64,000 nucleotides of DNA. Source: an archaeon. GTDB lineage: Archaea; Nanobdellota; Nanobdellia; Pacearchaeales; DTIR01. Of the stretch, positions 1 to 9,900 are shown piece after piece (position 1 is the stretch's first letter; the number at the start of each line of letters is the position of its first letter). Where the stretch lies: NCBI GenBank assembly GCA_043808285.1, contig JAZDFA010000007.1:29100-93099 (forward strand). The letters are read 5' to 3'. The notes beneath the pieces were generated by a model that had not been told where the DNA came from, did not search any database, and saw only the letters and a program-made list of their open reading frames with translations. The position numbers and the translations under genes were made by a program.

Positions 1-1
1 A

Positions 2-91
2 TTCAAAAAGGGAGAGATGGCAAATCTTCCAGCCGCAATAGCCCAGATACTTGTGCAGGGTGAGAAAGCAAGCATTATAGAGTCGGATTAA
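2..91 (+). CDS. 3' end of probable GINS (Gins15) subunit, partial
   Basis: Frame 2 reads FKKGEMANLPAAIAQILVQGEKASIIESD*, resembling the GINS B-domain C-terminus; directly upstream of rpl44e as in the conserved archaeal cluster. Confidence 0.6.
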   Translation, partial: FKKGEMANLPAAIAQILVQGEKASIIESD

Positions 92-153
92 TAAATAGAT
101 TTAAATACCCCCTTCTTTTTCTAAAAAATGAAAATCATAGGTAACATTATAAG

Positions 154-483
154 ATGAAAAAGCCAAAAAAGACGAAAAGGTATTGCCCTGTTTGTAAGAA
201 GCATACAGATCAAAAAATAAGTCTTGTTAGCTCTGGTCATAAAAGAGGAAGTATGAAGAAAGGCTCAGCCCCAAGAGCAAAATTAAGGGGAAGAGGAAGA
301 GGATATGGTAATTTGGGAAAATGGGGAAGCAAGCCAGCTATAGCATCCTGGAAAAGGAAGACAAAATCAACAAAAAAGGCGAATGTTATGTACACATGCT
401 CAATATGCAGCAAATCAAGACTGCAGAAAAAAGGAATAAGGACAACAAAAATGATCATAGAGGAAAAGAAGAAGAAGGATTAA
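154..483 (+). CDS. rpl44e: 50S ribosomal protein L44e (eL42)
   Basis: MKKPK..RYCPVCKKHT, KSTKK and CSIC zinc motifs; very basic. Confidence 0.92.
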   Translation: MKKPKKTKRYCPVCKKHTDQKISLVSSGHKRGSMKKGSAPRAKLRGRGRGYGNLGKWGSKPAIASWKRKTKSTKKANVMYTCSICSKSRLQKKGIRTTKMIIEEKKKKD

Positions 484-484
484 A

Positions 485-1018
485 ATGGCCACTAAAAAGA
501 AATCTTTTGATGTAGAAATACCGATGATTGACACAATTATAAAATTGTCTGCCCTAGAAATAGAGAATCTTAACAACAAAACAATAAAGATGGATCTAAC
601 AAGGCAGCTTCATGGCAAAAGCATTGAAGCAGTGTTTAGAATTTCTGTAAAAGATGGAAAAGCAACTGCCGATTTAAAAGGATTCAAGCTGCTTCCATTC
701 TACATACAAAGGGCAATAAGAAAAGGAATAAGCTATGTGGAAGATTCTTTTATGGTTCCAAAAGACGATGTAATACTTAGGATAAAGCCTTTCATGATAA
801 CAAGAAAAAGTGTTCATAGAAGCGTAAGAAATGCGTTGAGGCTTAAGGCTGCAGAAGAAATAAAGGCTTTTTGCGAATCAAAATCAATCGAAGAGATAGT
901 TTCATCAATAATCTATGGAAGATATGCTAAAGAATTATCATTAAAACTCAAGAAGATATATCCTTTATCTTTCTGCGAGATAAGAATATTTGAGATACTA
1001 AAGAAGAAAGAACAGTAA
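485..1018 (+). CDS. rps3ae: 30S ribosomal protein S3Ae (eS1), short form
   Basis: IRKGISYVEDSF and C-terminal LKKIYPLSFCEIR motif typical of eS1. Confidence 0.8.
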   Translation: MATKKKSFDVEIPMIDTIIKLSALEIENLNNKTIKMDLTRQLHGKSIEAVFRISVKDGKATADLKGFKLLPFYIQRAIRKGISYVEDSFMVPKDDVILRIKPFMITRKSVHRSVRNALRLKAAEEIKAFCESKSIEEIVSSIIYGRYAKELSLKLKKIYPLSFCEIRIFEILKKKEQ

Positions 1019-1059
1019 AAAGGATAAGTTTAAAAAATTCTATTTAGAAGTTATTTAAT

Positions 1060-1132
1060 GCCTCCATAGCTCAGTGGCTAGAGCATCTGTTTTGTAAACA
1101 GGGGGTCGGGGGTTCAAATCCTCCTGGAGGCT
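1060..1132 (+). tRNA. tRNA-Thr(TGT)
   Basis: Cloverleaf GCCTCCA..TGGAGGC; anticodon loop TTTGTAA; T-loop TTCAAAT; TATA at ~1029-1036. Confidence 0.95.
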
Positions 1133-1248
1133 TTTATCTTTCATTCTTGATAAAACCTATTAGGGTAAAGCCTGTCTGAGGCTTACGCATTTGGTTTGAG
1201 AAATGAGGATTTGGAAAGGATTAAAAATAAGAATAACTCATTGATGAT

Positions 1249-1548
1249 ATGGAAAAAGGTGTTTTTAATTATCTAATTGATATTTTAATGGCAATAACGT
1301 TTGTATTTAGCGCAACAACAGCCTTGGTTATTTTCTTCTTTCTTCCAGAAGGAGTTAGGCAGGGAAGATATCAGGAATTCTTGGGCTTGACAAAAGGAAC
1401 ATGGTCTTTTGTCCATACTTGGGCAGGAATAGCGTTCATTGTTTTACTTATTATTCATTTTATATTGCATTGGAATTGGTTAATTTGCATGAGTAAGAGC
1501 ATATTTAGGAATAAAAATAAAGAATTGAAAGGAGGTAAAAAACAATGA
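1249..1548 (+). CDS. DUF4405-like small membrane protein (cytochrome b-like)
   Basis: NYLID N-terminus; two TM helices; W..VHTW.G and HFILHWNW His motifs. Confidence 0.75.
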   Translation: MEKGVFNYLIDILMAITFVFSATTALVIFFFLPEGVRQGRYQEFLGLTKGTWSFVHTWAGIAFIVLLIIHFILHWNWLICMSKSIFRNKNKELKGGKKQ

Positions 1549-2216
1549 AAAAATTATTTTTGATTCTCTTGGTTTCTTTAATGGCAATTTCTTTAGTTTT
1601 TGCTGCTCAAGGGGATGCGGGAGCAGGACAGCAAGGAACTAATGTTGGTTCGGGCACAGCTCAAGCAGGTCAAGGAACAGGCAATGGAACTCAGACTAAT
1701 ACTGAAACGCAAACTCAAAATCAAAATCAAAATCAAAATCAAGGAGAAGTTAGTCAAGTGCAAGTAAGAGTTCAGTCTGGAAACTATGAAAACTCTAAGG
1801 GGGAGCAAATGCAAATCCAAACAGAAAATGGGTTTAGGCTTCAAGTTGGAGGAGTAGGAGCAACATCTTCTATGGAAATGACTCAAGAACAAGCCCAAAA
1901 TAAAACAATGTTAAAAACCAAGCTTTCAAATGGGAAGAATGCAGAAATTAAAGTAATGCCAAATACTGCTTCAGAAAGAGCTATTGAAAGGTTGCAATTG
2001 AAAGTTTGCAATTCAGAAAACAACTGCCAAATAGAGCTAAAAGAAGTTGGAAGCGGAGAACAAGTAAAAGCAGCTTATGAAGTGAAAGCCCAGAAAGAAG
2101 CACGAATTTTAGGAATGTTTAAGACAAAGATGCAGGTTCAAGCCCAGATTGACGCAGAAACAGGAGAAGTAATAAAAGCTAAAAAACCTTGGTGGGCTTT
2201 TATAGCAACAAGTTAG
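1545..2216 (+). CDS. Secreted Gln/Gly-rich protein with C-terminal PepSY-like segment
   Basis: Signal peptide; (QN)n low complexity; C-terminal IDAETGEVI..KKPWWAF. Confidence 0.7.
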   Translation: MKKLFLILLVSLMAISLVFAAQGDAGAGQQGTNVGSGTAQAGQGTGNGTQTNTETQTQNQNQNQNQGEVSQVQVRVQSGNYENSKGEQMQIQTENGFRLQVGGVGATSSMEMTQEQAQNKTMLKTKLSNGKNAEIKVMPNTASERAIERLQLKVCNSENNCQIELKEVGSGEQVKAAYEVKAQKEARILGMFKTKMQVQAQIDAETGEVIKAKKPWWAFIATS

Positions 2217-2336
2217 TAAAATTTCTTTTTTTCTTTTTCTTTATTTTTTAATATGTAAGACAGGTTTAGGTATTGAAAGCCTTAAAAAATAAACCAAACA
2301 CGAATGCCTGTCTGAGGCTTTTTATTTTTCGTTAAA

Positions 2337-3569
2337 TTACTTAATAAACAAAGAAACAATCATGAATATATTCACTGCTACCAGCAGGATAGTGCTTGCC
2401 ACTGCAATAATATTGGTCGTTTTAGTGTTTGCAAAATCTCCCATTATCTCCTTGTTGTTTACTAACCTTAACATTATTATCAATATCACTGGAAGCAATA
2501 CTCCATTTAATACCTGAGAAATGTACATCAGGAAAATCAGGGAGGAATTTGGAATCATTATTACTGCAGCACCTATTACTATTATTGCAGTGTAGAGCAG
2601 ATAGAATTTTTTTGCTTCGCTAAATTTGCGGTTTACTCCATTCTCCCAGCCAAATGCCTCACTTACAGAATATGCAGTTGAGAGGGGAAGTATCGATGCT
2701 GCAAAAATGCTTGCATTCAATAAGCCAAATGCAAAAAGATATCCTGCAAACTTTCCTGCCAAAGGGATTAATGCAACTGCCGCATCTGCGGCGTCAACTA
2801 TTTGCTTGTTGCTATGAAATATAGTAGACGCTGTTGAAAGGATTATAAAGTATGCAACAACTGCAGCAATAATGCATCCTACTATAACGTCTAATTTGCT
2901 GTACTTGTAATCCCTCCTCTTTATGTTTTTTTCAACAATTGAAGACTGCAGATAGAACTGCATCCAGGGAGCGATAGTTGTTCCTATCATTGCTATAATC
3001 ATTATAAAATAAGAAGAAGAAAACTGAAATGAAGGGATTATTGAATTGTAAGCCACTTCTTTCCAGTCGGGAGAAGACATGACTCCGGAAAATATGTAGC
3101 TTACATAGAAGATACATGCAAAAAGAAATATTTTCTCAACGGTTTTGTAAGTTCCTTTTACTACAATCCACCACACTAAAAGGGCGCATAATGGAACAGA
3201 AATATACCGGCTTATATGGAATATCTCACTTGCGGCAGCAATGCCTGCAAATTCTGAGATAGTGTTCATTATATTCACGATGACCAATGAAATCATAAGA
3301 TAAAATGTAATCTTTATGCCAAAGTTCTCCCTTATAAGATCTGCAAGCCCTTTGCCTGTTGCAACTCCCATTCTAGAACACATTTCCTGCACAACAACCA
3401 AAACGATTGTTATTGGAATAAGCACCCAAAGAAGGGTGTATCCAAAATTTGCCCCGGCCAAAGAATAAGTAGCTATCCCTCCGGCATCATTATCTACATT
3501 GGCAGTTATTATTCCTGGGCCGATTATTGCGAGAAAAAATAATAAATTTCTAATGTTTAATCTTGGCAT
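2337..3569 (-). CDS. NRAMP-family divalent cation transporter (NRMT-like)
   Basis: GPGIITANVDNDAGGIATYS; QEMCSRMG; GTTIAPWMQF; ~11 TM helices. Confidence 0.9.
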   Translation of the reverse strand: MPRLNIRNLLFFLAIIGPGIITANVDNDAGGIATYSLAGANFGYTLLWVLIPITIVLVVVQEMCSRMGVATGKGLADLIRENFGIKITFYLMISLVIVNIMNTISEFAGIAAASEIFHISRYISVPLCALLVWWIVVKGTYKTVEKIFLFACIFYVSYIFSGVMSSPDWKEVAYNSIIPSFQFSSSYFIMIIAMIGTTIAPWMQFYLQSSIVEKNIKRRDYKYSKLDVIVGCIIAAVVAYFIILSTASTIFHSNKQIVDAADAAVALIPLAGKFAGYLFAFGLLNASIFAASILPLSTAYSVSEAFGWENGVNRKFSEAKKFYLLYTAIIVIGAAVIMIPNSSLIFLMYISQVLNGVLLPVILIIMLRLVNNKEIMGDFANTKTTNIIAVASTILLVAVNIFMIVSLFIK

Positions 3570-4842
3570 TTTGTTTTCTTTTTCTCCTATACTTGGAAGG
3601 TATTCTCTGTTTTTTTATTCCCAATGGGAGCAATGCATTCAATGCATCGCTTATTCTTATAACCCCCACTATTGCTCCTGCTTTTGACACTACTGGAAGC
3701 GCAAGAAGCTTGTATTTGTTTAAAAGATTGAATGCCTCATCTAAGGGGGTCTGAACATCTAATGTAATCAAATTTTTTCTCAAAATTGCAGAAACTTTTG
3801 CATTTTTGTCTCCGATTACCAAATCCCTCAAAGAGAGTATTCCTACTAAATTGCCTTCCTTGTCACTAACATAAAAATAATGAATCTTGCTGGGCTTTGG
3901 CATCTTTTTTCTTAAAAAAGCTATTGTTTGAGATACTGTGAATGAGTCTGGGATAGTAAGAAACTCTGTGCTCATTATAGAGCCTGCTGTGCTTTTTTCA
4001 TAAGACAATATTTTCTGTATGTGGTACGCTGATTCTTTTTTCATTTTTTTGAGCACCTCTTCATTTCTTATTGAGGGCATTAATGTAAGAACAGCCGCTG
4101 CCTCGCTATAAGACATACTCTCTAGAATCTCTGCCAAGTTTTTAGAACTCATTGCCTTGAATACAGACCTCTTTATATCAGGATGAGAAACAATTAAGGT
4201 CTCTGCCGCCTTCTTCTTGTCTATTGAATTGAATAGGAATACTCTTTCATCCAATGAAAGGTCATTCATCATGTCTGCTATGTCTGCAGGATGCAAATCC
4301 ACCATCTTATCCATTTTGCATTTTACGTGCAGTTCACAGCTTCCAGAATTAAGAGGCTCTACATACTGCCAGGGGATTATATGCTCTTCTAGTATAGGTA
4401 TTAATTCTCCCAGGTATTTCCAAAAACCTAATCTTCTAAATATTCCTTTTGTGGAAACGTCAACACCCACAACGCAAAACTTGCCCTCTATCTCTCCAAG
4501 AAGTATGTCATTAACTCTTATTATTCTCACGCCGTCAACATCAACTATCTGCTTGTCCAGTATGCTGTTTAAAGATATGTCCTGCCTGTTAAGATATCTT
4601 AGGTCAGATTCAATTTCATTAAGGTACACCCCCACCTTAAATCTTGTATCATTAATCTTGTCTCCAATCTCGACAACATGATGCCATGGAATCTTTTTTA
4701 CCCCTTTTTTGGTTTGGCAGATTATTGCAGAAATCTTTGCAGATTTATAACCATCAATAAATGCCAAATCCCTGACTCTTCCTATGACCCTGAAATTCTT
4801 GTCTATAACAGGTTTTCCGATTAACTGGCTATAATACACCAT
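3550..4842 (-). CDS. MgtE intracellular-domain protein (PRC barrels + MgtE_N + CBS pair)
   Basis: LDKQIVDVDG..RVNDI; LHPADIAD; TAGSIMSTEF; two CBS domains; no TM domain. Confidence 0.88.
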   Translation of the reverse strand: MVYYSQLIGKPVIDKNFRVIGRVRDLAFIDGYKSAKISAIICQTKKGVKKIPWHHVVEIGDKINDTRFKVGVYLNEIESDLRYLNRQDISLNSILDKQIVDVDGVRIIRVNDILLGEIEGKFCVVGVDVSTKGIFRRLGFWKYLGELIPILEEHIIPWQYVEPLNSGSCELHVKCKMDKMVDLHPADIADMMNDLSLDERVFLFNSIDKKKAAETLIVSHPDIKRSVFKAMSSKNLAEILESMSYSEAAAVLTLMPSIRNEEVLKKMKKESAYHIQKILSYEKSTAGSIMSTEFLTIPDSFTVSQTIAFLRKKMPKPSKIHYFYVSDKEGNLVGILSLRDLVIGDKNAKVSAILRKNLITLDVQTPLDEAFNLLNKYKLLALPVVSKAGAIVGVIRISDALNALLPLGIKKQRIPSKYRRKRKQNAKIKH

Positions 4843-4947
4843 CTTTTCAAGCAAAAACTAATTGAAATTTGCCCCCGCTTTTTATATATTTTTCTACAAT
4901 CCTCAAAAGAAAAATATTTTAAAGCCATTTTTGTTGCTTTGTGGAAT

Positions 4948-5019
4948 GGACCCATGGTCTAGTGGCACGACGTCTCCTTGACGTGGAGAAGATTAGAGGT
5001 TCGATTCCTCTTGGGTCCA
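4948..5019 (+). tRNA. tRNA-Val(GAC)
   Basis: GGACCCA..TGGGTCC acceptor; TCTCC-TTGACGT-GGAGA anticodon arm. Confidence 0.95.
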
Positions 5020-5085
5020 TTTTTAACGAAAAAATATTAATTTTTCAGCAACATTTAAATATCACTTTGATGTGACTAAGATATA

Positions 5086-6963
5086 ATGTTGTCGTCCTCA
5101 AAAAAAGCACAAGTAACTATTTTTGTAATTATTGGAGTGCTCATAGTTTCAGCGGTGTCCTTATTCTTTTATTTCAAAACAGCTCCTTCATATGTCTCTG
5201 CAGAATTTAAGGAAGTTGAAACATATTTTACAGAATGCATCAATAATAACATAAAAGAAGGCTCTGCATTAATTGGATCTGGGGCAGGATACATAAATCC
5301 TCCTAAGTTTGAGAAAGGTTCAGAATACATGCCTTTTTCCTCACAACTTGATTTTTTTGGCAATGCGGTGCCTTACTGGTTCTATATCTCTGGAAATAAT
5401 ATAATGAAAGAACAAGTGCCTTCACTAAATGAAATGCAAAAACAGCTTTCTTCTTTTATTAATGGAGAAATAAAAAATTGTGACTTTAGTGTCTTTGAAA
5501 GCAGAGGATATAACATAACATTAGGAGAAGTAAAAAGCAGTGTTACGATAAAAGATGAGCAGATAGATGCAGAGATAAATGCTGCATTGGTAATAAATAA
5601 AGAAGAAAAAAGCGGGAGAATAACAAATCATAAAACCTCTCAAAAAACAAAACTTGGCAAATTTTACAAGATAGCCAGAGAGATATATGGAAAACAAAAA
5701 GAAGAGCTTTTCCTTGAAAATTATAGTTTAGATATACTATATCTATATGCGCCTGTGACAAAAGTAGAAATTTCCTGCAGCCCTAAAACTTGGATGAAGC
5801 AAACAGTGAAAGAAGATTTGAAGAATGCACTGCAGGCAAATATGGGGGCTATAAAGATAGAAGGTAGCTATTATCAAAATAAAAGAGATACTAATTATTT
5901 CATCGTTAAATCTCCCAAAAAAGTAAATGAGAATGTAAATTTCCTCTACTCTCCACTATGGGAGACGAAGATAGATATATGGGATGATAATGGAGACAGC
6001 GATACAATGATTGCAAAGCCTGTTGGGAATCAGAAAGGAATGGGTATCTTAGGATTCTGTTATGTTCCTTATCATTTTGTATATGATGTAGGATTCCCAG
6101 TAATGGTGCAGGTTTATGATGAAAAAGAATTATTCCAATTCCCAGTAGTAGTATACTTAGAAAAAAATAGCATAAGACCTAAATTGGAAGGAGAGGCAAT
6201 TCAAGAAACTGCAGGAATATGCGACAATAAAGTTACTGATGCATTGATAGCTACAATGGATAATGAAATGAAAGCAGTTGAAGCAGAAATCAAATATCAA
6301 TGCCTCAATGAAGTTTGTGATATTGGAAAGACTGCTATAAAAAATAATGAAGCGGTCCTTGAAACAAAAGTGCCTCAATGCATAGGCGGAACATTGATGG
6401 CTTCAGCAGAAGGATATTCAGATTCCCAATTAACAATAGATACAAATGAAGAGACAACTGCCGCCATAATAATGAACAAGATTTACACTCTTAATGTTGA
6501 TATTTTTGTTGGAGGTGTTCCACTTTCTGCTTCGCAAGAAAGCGCATTGATAACATTTGATTCAGGCGATGAAATAAAAACACTCTCTTATCCTTCTCAA
6601 AAAACAATAAAGCTCAAAGAAGGATATTATAATATCTCTGCAGAAGTCTACAGAACAGGCAATCTTGTAATAGGAAGTCAAAAAACAACCCAATGTGTGA
6701 AAGTACCAAAAACAGGAATGTTTGGATTTTTTGGAATGGAAGAGGAACAATGTTATGACATAGAAATTCCTTCTCAGAAATTAACACAGCTACTTGAAGG
6801 CGGCGGAAAAATACAAGATTATCATATTGGAGAAGACACTTTAAAAAACGCCAAAAAAATAGAAATAACAACAAGCATAATCCCCTTGCCAAAAACAATA
6901 ATGGACCTTCAAAATAGTTATGATAATGTTGAAAATAGCGAGATGGATATAAGGATTGTGTAA
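5086..6963 (+). CDS. Large class III signal peptide (pilin-like) surface protein
   Basis: N-terminus KKAQ-VTIFVIIGVLIV (prepilin-peptidase-type site plus hydrophobic helix); beta-rich C-terminus with paired Cys. Confidence 0.75.
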   Translation: MLSSSKKAQVTIFVIIGVLIVSAVSLFFYFKTAPSYVSAEFKEVETYFTECINNNIKEGSALIGSGAGYINPPKFEKGSEYMPFSSQLDFFGNAVPYWFYISGNNIMKEQVPSLNEMQKQLSSFINGEIKNCDFSVFESRGYNITLGEVKSSVTIKDEQIDAEINAALVINKEEKSGRITNHKTSQKTKLGKFYKIAREIYGKQKEELFLENYSLDILYLYAPVTKVEISCSPKTWMKQTVKEDLKNALQANMGAIKIEGSYYQNKRDTNYFIVKSPKKVNENVNFLYSPLWETKIDIWDDNGDSDTMIAKPVGNQKGMGILGFCYVPYHFVYDVGFPVMVQVYDEKELFQFPVVVYLEKNSIRPKLEGEAIQETAGICDNKVTDALIATMDNEMKAVEAEIKYQCLNEVCDIGKTAIKNNEAVLETKVPQCIGGTLMASAEGYSDSQLTIDTNEETTAAIIMNKIYTLNVDIFVGGVPLSASQESALITFDSGDEIKTLSYPSQKTIKLKEGYYNISAEVYRTGNLVIGSQKTTQCVKVPKTGMFGFFGMEEEQCYDIEIPSQKLTQLLEGGGKIQDYHIGEDTLKNAKKIEITTSIIPLPKTIMDLQNSYDNVENSEMDIRIV

Positions 6964-6964
6964 A

Positions 6965-9900
6965 ATGAAAAAAATGTTGGTCATGTCTGGAATAGTAATC
7001 ATCCTTCTAGCATGTGCAGTAGTAAATGCACAGCAGTATTTTGCTCCAAGTCCTCTCTCTTATTATTCAGGGAATATTAATAATTATTGGCCTTCATATG
7101 GGAAAGAAGAATGCACTGCAAGGCAGGATTTTATAGTCCAGATAATGCCTGGTGGATGTTCTCCAGCTGTAGTAAGAAGCGATTTGCTTGAAGAGCAAAA
7201 TGTTCCTGTTTTCTGCCAATTGACAGGGATTAAGATTAATCCCCTTATACAAGTACCAAAAATAACAAGTATTAGCATAGGGAGAAATAATATGTCAAAA
7301 GACATTGCAGGTATCGGATTTCACCCAGCAAGAGCTGCATTAAGGACTAATGGCAATGAGCTTACCGGTTCCCCGATCATAAATAATTGGGGATATCTTG
7401 TAGTGATTTTAAAGAAACAGCCAATTGAAAAAAATATGAGTAAAACCGTTGAAGCAAGCCTTAATGCAGTAATACAATATCAAGCGGAAGAAACATTTGG
7501 CATTGGAAAAGCATCTTTCATAAGCCCCCAGATAAGCGACGAACTATGGCAACAAAACTACAAACAGTATGGATTCTGGAAGGGAAAGGGATATGTAAGA
7601 GTAAGTGAAATAGGAAGTGATAGCCAAGGAGAATTTGCAAGAGTTGATATTTATCTTGATGCAAATAGGAAACTTACTTCATTATTAATAAGAGAAGGGC
7701 AAACATACCCTCAAGATGTTTATTTGCCCGGATATTATTGCCAAGCTGCATTGAAAGTTGCTGTAGAAGGAATTTCTTCTGAACCAAAACCTAAGGCAAA
7801 AATAAGTGTAAACAATGAAGTTATGTGGGTCTCACAGGGCCAAAAGATAGCAGAAGATAAATGCACTGTTAATACAGTTGAGCAGGACATTTATGGAAGC
7901 GGGCAAGTTGAGATAAGATGCCCAGATAAATTGCACAAGCTTTTACTAAATCCTGCCAAGGCAACTCTTTCTTTTGAAATAAATGGAAAAGAGACAGAAA
8001 AGACAGTTGGAGTGAAGGAGATCATTGATAGCGGAACTGGCGCATTTGTCGCATTTATAGGAGATACTGGCAAGGCAGCAAATGATAAGATACGTGGGAT
8101 AAATAAACAATTTATAGTAATTGGAAAACCAAATAACATTATAATGACTGACACCCATTATGACTTGATAAGCTTCAAGACAAGAAAGATTATTGAGGGG
8201 GATAAATTTAATGGATTTGGTAAACTAACTTCCCAAAATGCGCTCTCATTCTTAGCTAACTTAAAGAATCTATTTAATGTGGGAGATAAAGTCCCAAACA
8301 TTGCAGAAAATGATGATTTTGATGCCGCTAAAGCACTCACTGAAACAGAGTTTAAGGCGCAACTTGCAGCAAAACTTAAAAAACAATTTGGCGACAAAAT
8401 AGAATTTGAGGTATCAATGCAGGAAGAGAAAAAAGATTCTTTGTTTGGAAATAAGATAATAGAAAATTTCATATTCAAAGGATTGGAAAGTTCATATGAT
8501 AGAGAATACAGTCAAGACATTGGTTCAGTAATGGAAGAAAATTACAAAAATGCAATTGAGGAATATAGGAATATACAGACCAGCTATGGAGAAGAGAAAT
8601 CAACATATGAGGAAGGTTGGAAAGATGAGCCTATTGGAGCCCAAGCGTTGTATAGTGCTGCGCAACTCGCAAGATATCTAGAAAAATTCAAGACAGAAGC
8701 AGAAATTTTAACAGAACTTGTTGAAAAATACCCAGATTCAAAAATCTCAGAAGATGCATTAATCCATCTTCAAACATTAAAACAAAATGACATGACTAAT
8801 GCTGTTTCAACTGCATTCATAAGTGGCAAGTCTTACTCTATGGCTCTTGAAGAAGTTAAAGATGTAAGCCTTAATGATAAAGGCGTAACTTTATTGGTAA
8901 ATGGCAATCAGGGAAAATACACTGTTGGAGATATAATCTGGGAAGATGTAGTGATAAAAGATATTAAGGATGAGTATATCACTATAGAAAGCAAAACTTT
9001 AACGATAAGCAAGCCTGCACTAAAAAAGAAAGATGTCATAAATATCCCATATAAGGCAAAAAAGGCAGACGCAAAGGGAGATATTATAGAAACACCAGAA
9101 ACAATTACTGTACAAGTAGTAGATATAATGCTTGTGAAAGAAGCTAGGATAAAACTTACCCCCTTGGTTGAAAGGACAGAAACACAAACAAACTTTACAT
9201 TCAAAATAGGAATAGAGAAAAGAGCATTAAAATTAAGCGATGCCAAAGCAAAAGAAATAATAACCGAACTTGATGCCACAATAGCCCAATGGAAAAAGCT
9301 TAACAATGACCTTGGAAATCTGATAAAGGCATGGAAGGGAACATGTTTTATAACCTCTACATACCTGATTGGGCAAAGCTTCTTCTCAAGCTTTGGCGGA
9401 GGAAGCAGTGCAAGAAATAAAGTAATGAGGGGGGGTGGAGGATGGTGGGAAAAGTGCACCCAATTAGTCAATGAAGACCCTAAATACAACAAAGATGTTC
9501 ATAAATGCCTTGCAGAAAATAACGATGAGATAGAACAAGAAGTAAGTGTAATGAAAAACAGTCTTGGTAATGTAGATGCAAAGGTAAAGGCTACTACAAA
9601 AATGGTGCAAGGTAGTAACCTTCTAGCCAACATGAAAGACACAAAGGCTTCAACAGCAGCTTATGGTGCAGACATAAAAACAAGATATGCTAGACAGGGA
9701 ATGGATCTCTCTGACACTTTCAAAAAAGAACAATTTGATTATGTAATAAATAATATAGATAAGAGTGGGGCGTATAGCTCTGACTTAAAAGAAATTGATT
9801 TATGGACTGGAGTTTATAATGACCCTAAATCCACCACCGATCAAAAAGAGCAGGCGAAAAAGAAACTACTCTCAATAATGGAACCAATGAAAAGCGATGT

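Larger units (their letters stand above)
1170..2320. repeat. 15-bp direct repeat GCCTGTCTGAGGCTT (1170-1184 and 2306-2320) flanking a two-gene cassette
   Basis: Identical 15-mers; the left copy is part of the palindrome AAGCCT-GTCTG-AGGCTT. Confidence 0.8.

Noticed and set aside
1710-1745. CAAAAT tandem repeat
   Set aside because: Simply encodes the (QN)n linker of a secreted protein
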